DNA from: an uncultured Nitrososphaerota archaeon
GTDB taxonomy: Archaea; Korarchaeota; Korarchaeia; Korarchaeales; Korarchaeaceae
Length of the DNA: 64,000 nt
Assembly: GCA_964594835.1 (NCBI GenBank)
Contig: CAZQNA010000003.1
Coordinates: 133,295 to 197,294, forward strand
Direction: 5' to 3'
In this document: positions 63,249 to 64,000 of the stretch, piece by piece
Numbering within the stretch: position 1 is the first letter of the stretch
Layout: the number at the start of each line of letters is the position of its first letter
Notes under the pieces: generated by a model
Told to the model about the DNA's origin: nothing
The model's input: only the letters and a program-made list of their open reading frames with translations
Database searches by the model: none
Position numbers and translations under genes: made by a program

Positions 63249-63490
63249 TCATCAGGTACGATCCTAAGGTGGACATCCTGGTCATCAAGCTCAGAGAGGG
63301 CGCCGTCAAGGACGAGGAGCTGCTAGACAGCGACGTCGTCCTGGGGCTCGGCGAGGAGGGAAGAGTAGCCACGCTAGAGATCTGGGAGGCGTTGAAGAGG
63401 GGCCTGCTTAAGGCCCTGATCGACCTAGCCAGCGAGAGGAGGGAAGTGACCGAGCTCATCCTGAGGGAGGCACGCGCGGACTCAGCCTAA
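63239..63490 (+). CDS. DUF2283 antitoxin-like protein
   Basis: IRYDPKVDILVI...LEIWEA. Confidence 0.88.
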   Translation: MDLIIRYDPKVDILVIKLREGAVKDEELLDSDVVLGLGEEGRVATLEIWEALKRGLLKALIDLASERREVTELILREARADSA

Positions 63491-63604
63491 CCCCCAATCG
63501 AGATTATCTCTGATCTGATCAGAAAGGTCCACTCCTCTGCGCCGCCTAACAAGTCTTCTGAGAGGATGTGAGCCCTCCGGGCGTCTTGAGAGAGACCAAC
63601 AGGA

Positions 63605-63912
63605 TCAGGCGCCAGTGCCAAGGGTCTCCTCCGGAAGCCTTCTGACCCTAATTCGGGCCTCTGCCTCTGCGGCGGGGAATATCTCCTCACCCTCCAAGAC
63701 CTTGGAGGCGTAGAGCAGCGCGGCCCTCAGATCCTCCTCGGTCAGGTGGGGGAAGTCTCGGAGTATCTCCTCCGCAGACAGACCCTGCGCAAGCAGGCGC
63801 AGTATCTGCTCCACCGTTATCCGGGTCCCCCTGATCACGGGCTTGCCGGCCATGACCCTGGGATTCACGGCTATATCCTCCTCAGCAGGCGCTCCTCCTC
63901 GGCGCTCAACAT
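63605..63912 (-). pseudogene. DUF433 antitoxin-like gene with 2-nt insertion near the N-terminus
   Basis: ATG at 63912 gives MLSAEEERLLRRI, then an extra TA, then AVNPRVMAGKPVIRGTRI...EEILRDFPHLTEED. It could still be expressed from GTG at 63868. Confidence 0.75.
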
Positions 63913-64000
63913 GGAGTGGATCAAGACCTTCTCTTAAGCTCTCCTCAAAACTTCCGGGATCCCGCCATCTCCAGGGCGTCCCGGTCCTTTCATCGGCCTA

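Noticed and set aside
63485-63560. Integron attC-like GCCTAAC motifs / cassette-array interpretation of the TA island
   Set aside because: No matching GTTRRRY ends at suitable spacing, and the recombinase lacks the IntI-specific insertion.
1-64000. CRISPR array or cas genes to explain the CARF-like regulator
   Set aside because: No regularly spaced repeats or cas motifs seen.

Overview
GC-rich archaeal chromosomal window. The archaeal assignment rests on AGG-rich codons, GGAGGTGA-type SD sites, TATA promoters, PolB2, NurA/HerA and CydAA'; a TACK-type thermophile is inferred. Layout: (i) 1-3.1 kb is the edge of an integrated plasmid- or virus-like element (prim-pol missing from the ORF track, CopG/RHH, an AT-rich palindrome-rich spacer with a dif-like 11-6-11 site), next to a Zn-ribbon tyrosine recombinase. 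(ii) 3.2-16.6 kb has a GEVED/Ala-rich secreted protein, pcp, pyrF-E-K-D and an oxygen-handling cluster (peroxiredoxin, CydAA', CxxC protein, flavodiiron FprA). (iii) 16.7-21.5 kb has a stand-alone nurA-herA pair, with an intein at Walker A and no canonical Arg-finger motif in HerA, divergent from a CARF/Rossmann-like wHTH regulator; this is the best candidate for an uncharacterised system. (iv) 21.5-35.7 kb holds transporters, membrane proteins, HDAC, OSBS/NAAAR and a GT-C glycosyltransferase. (v) 35.9-40.7 kb is a PolB2 / RadA-like / small-subunit module split by TA genes. (vi) 41-64 kb is an accessory island of large secreted hydrolase or surface proteins, a eukaryote-like ubiquitin-fold gene ending in GGG, exoIII, and many intact and decayed toxin-antitoxin modules. 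No tRNA, rRNA or CRISPR array was recognised. All family calls come from motif recognition by eye; no database search was run.
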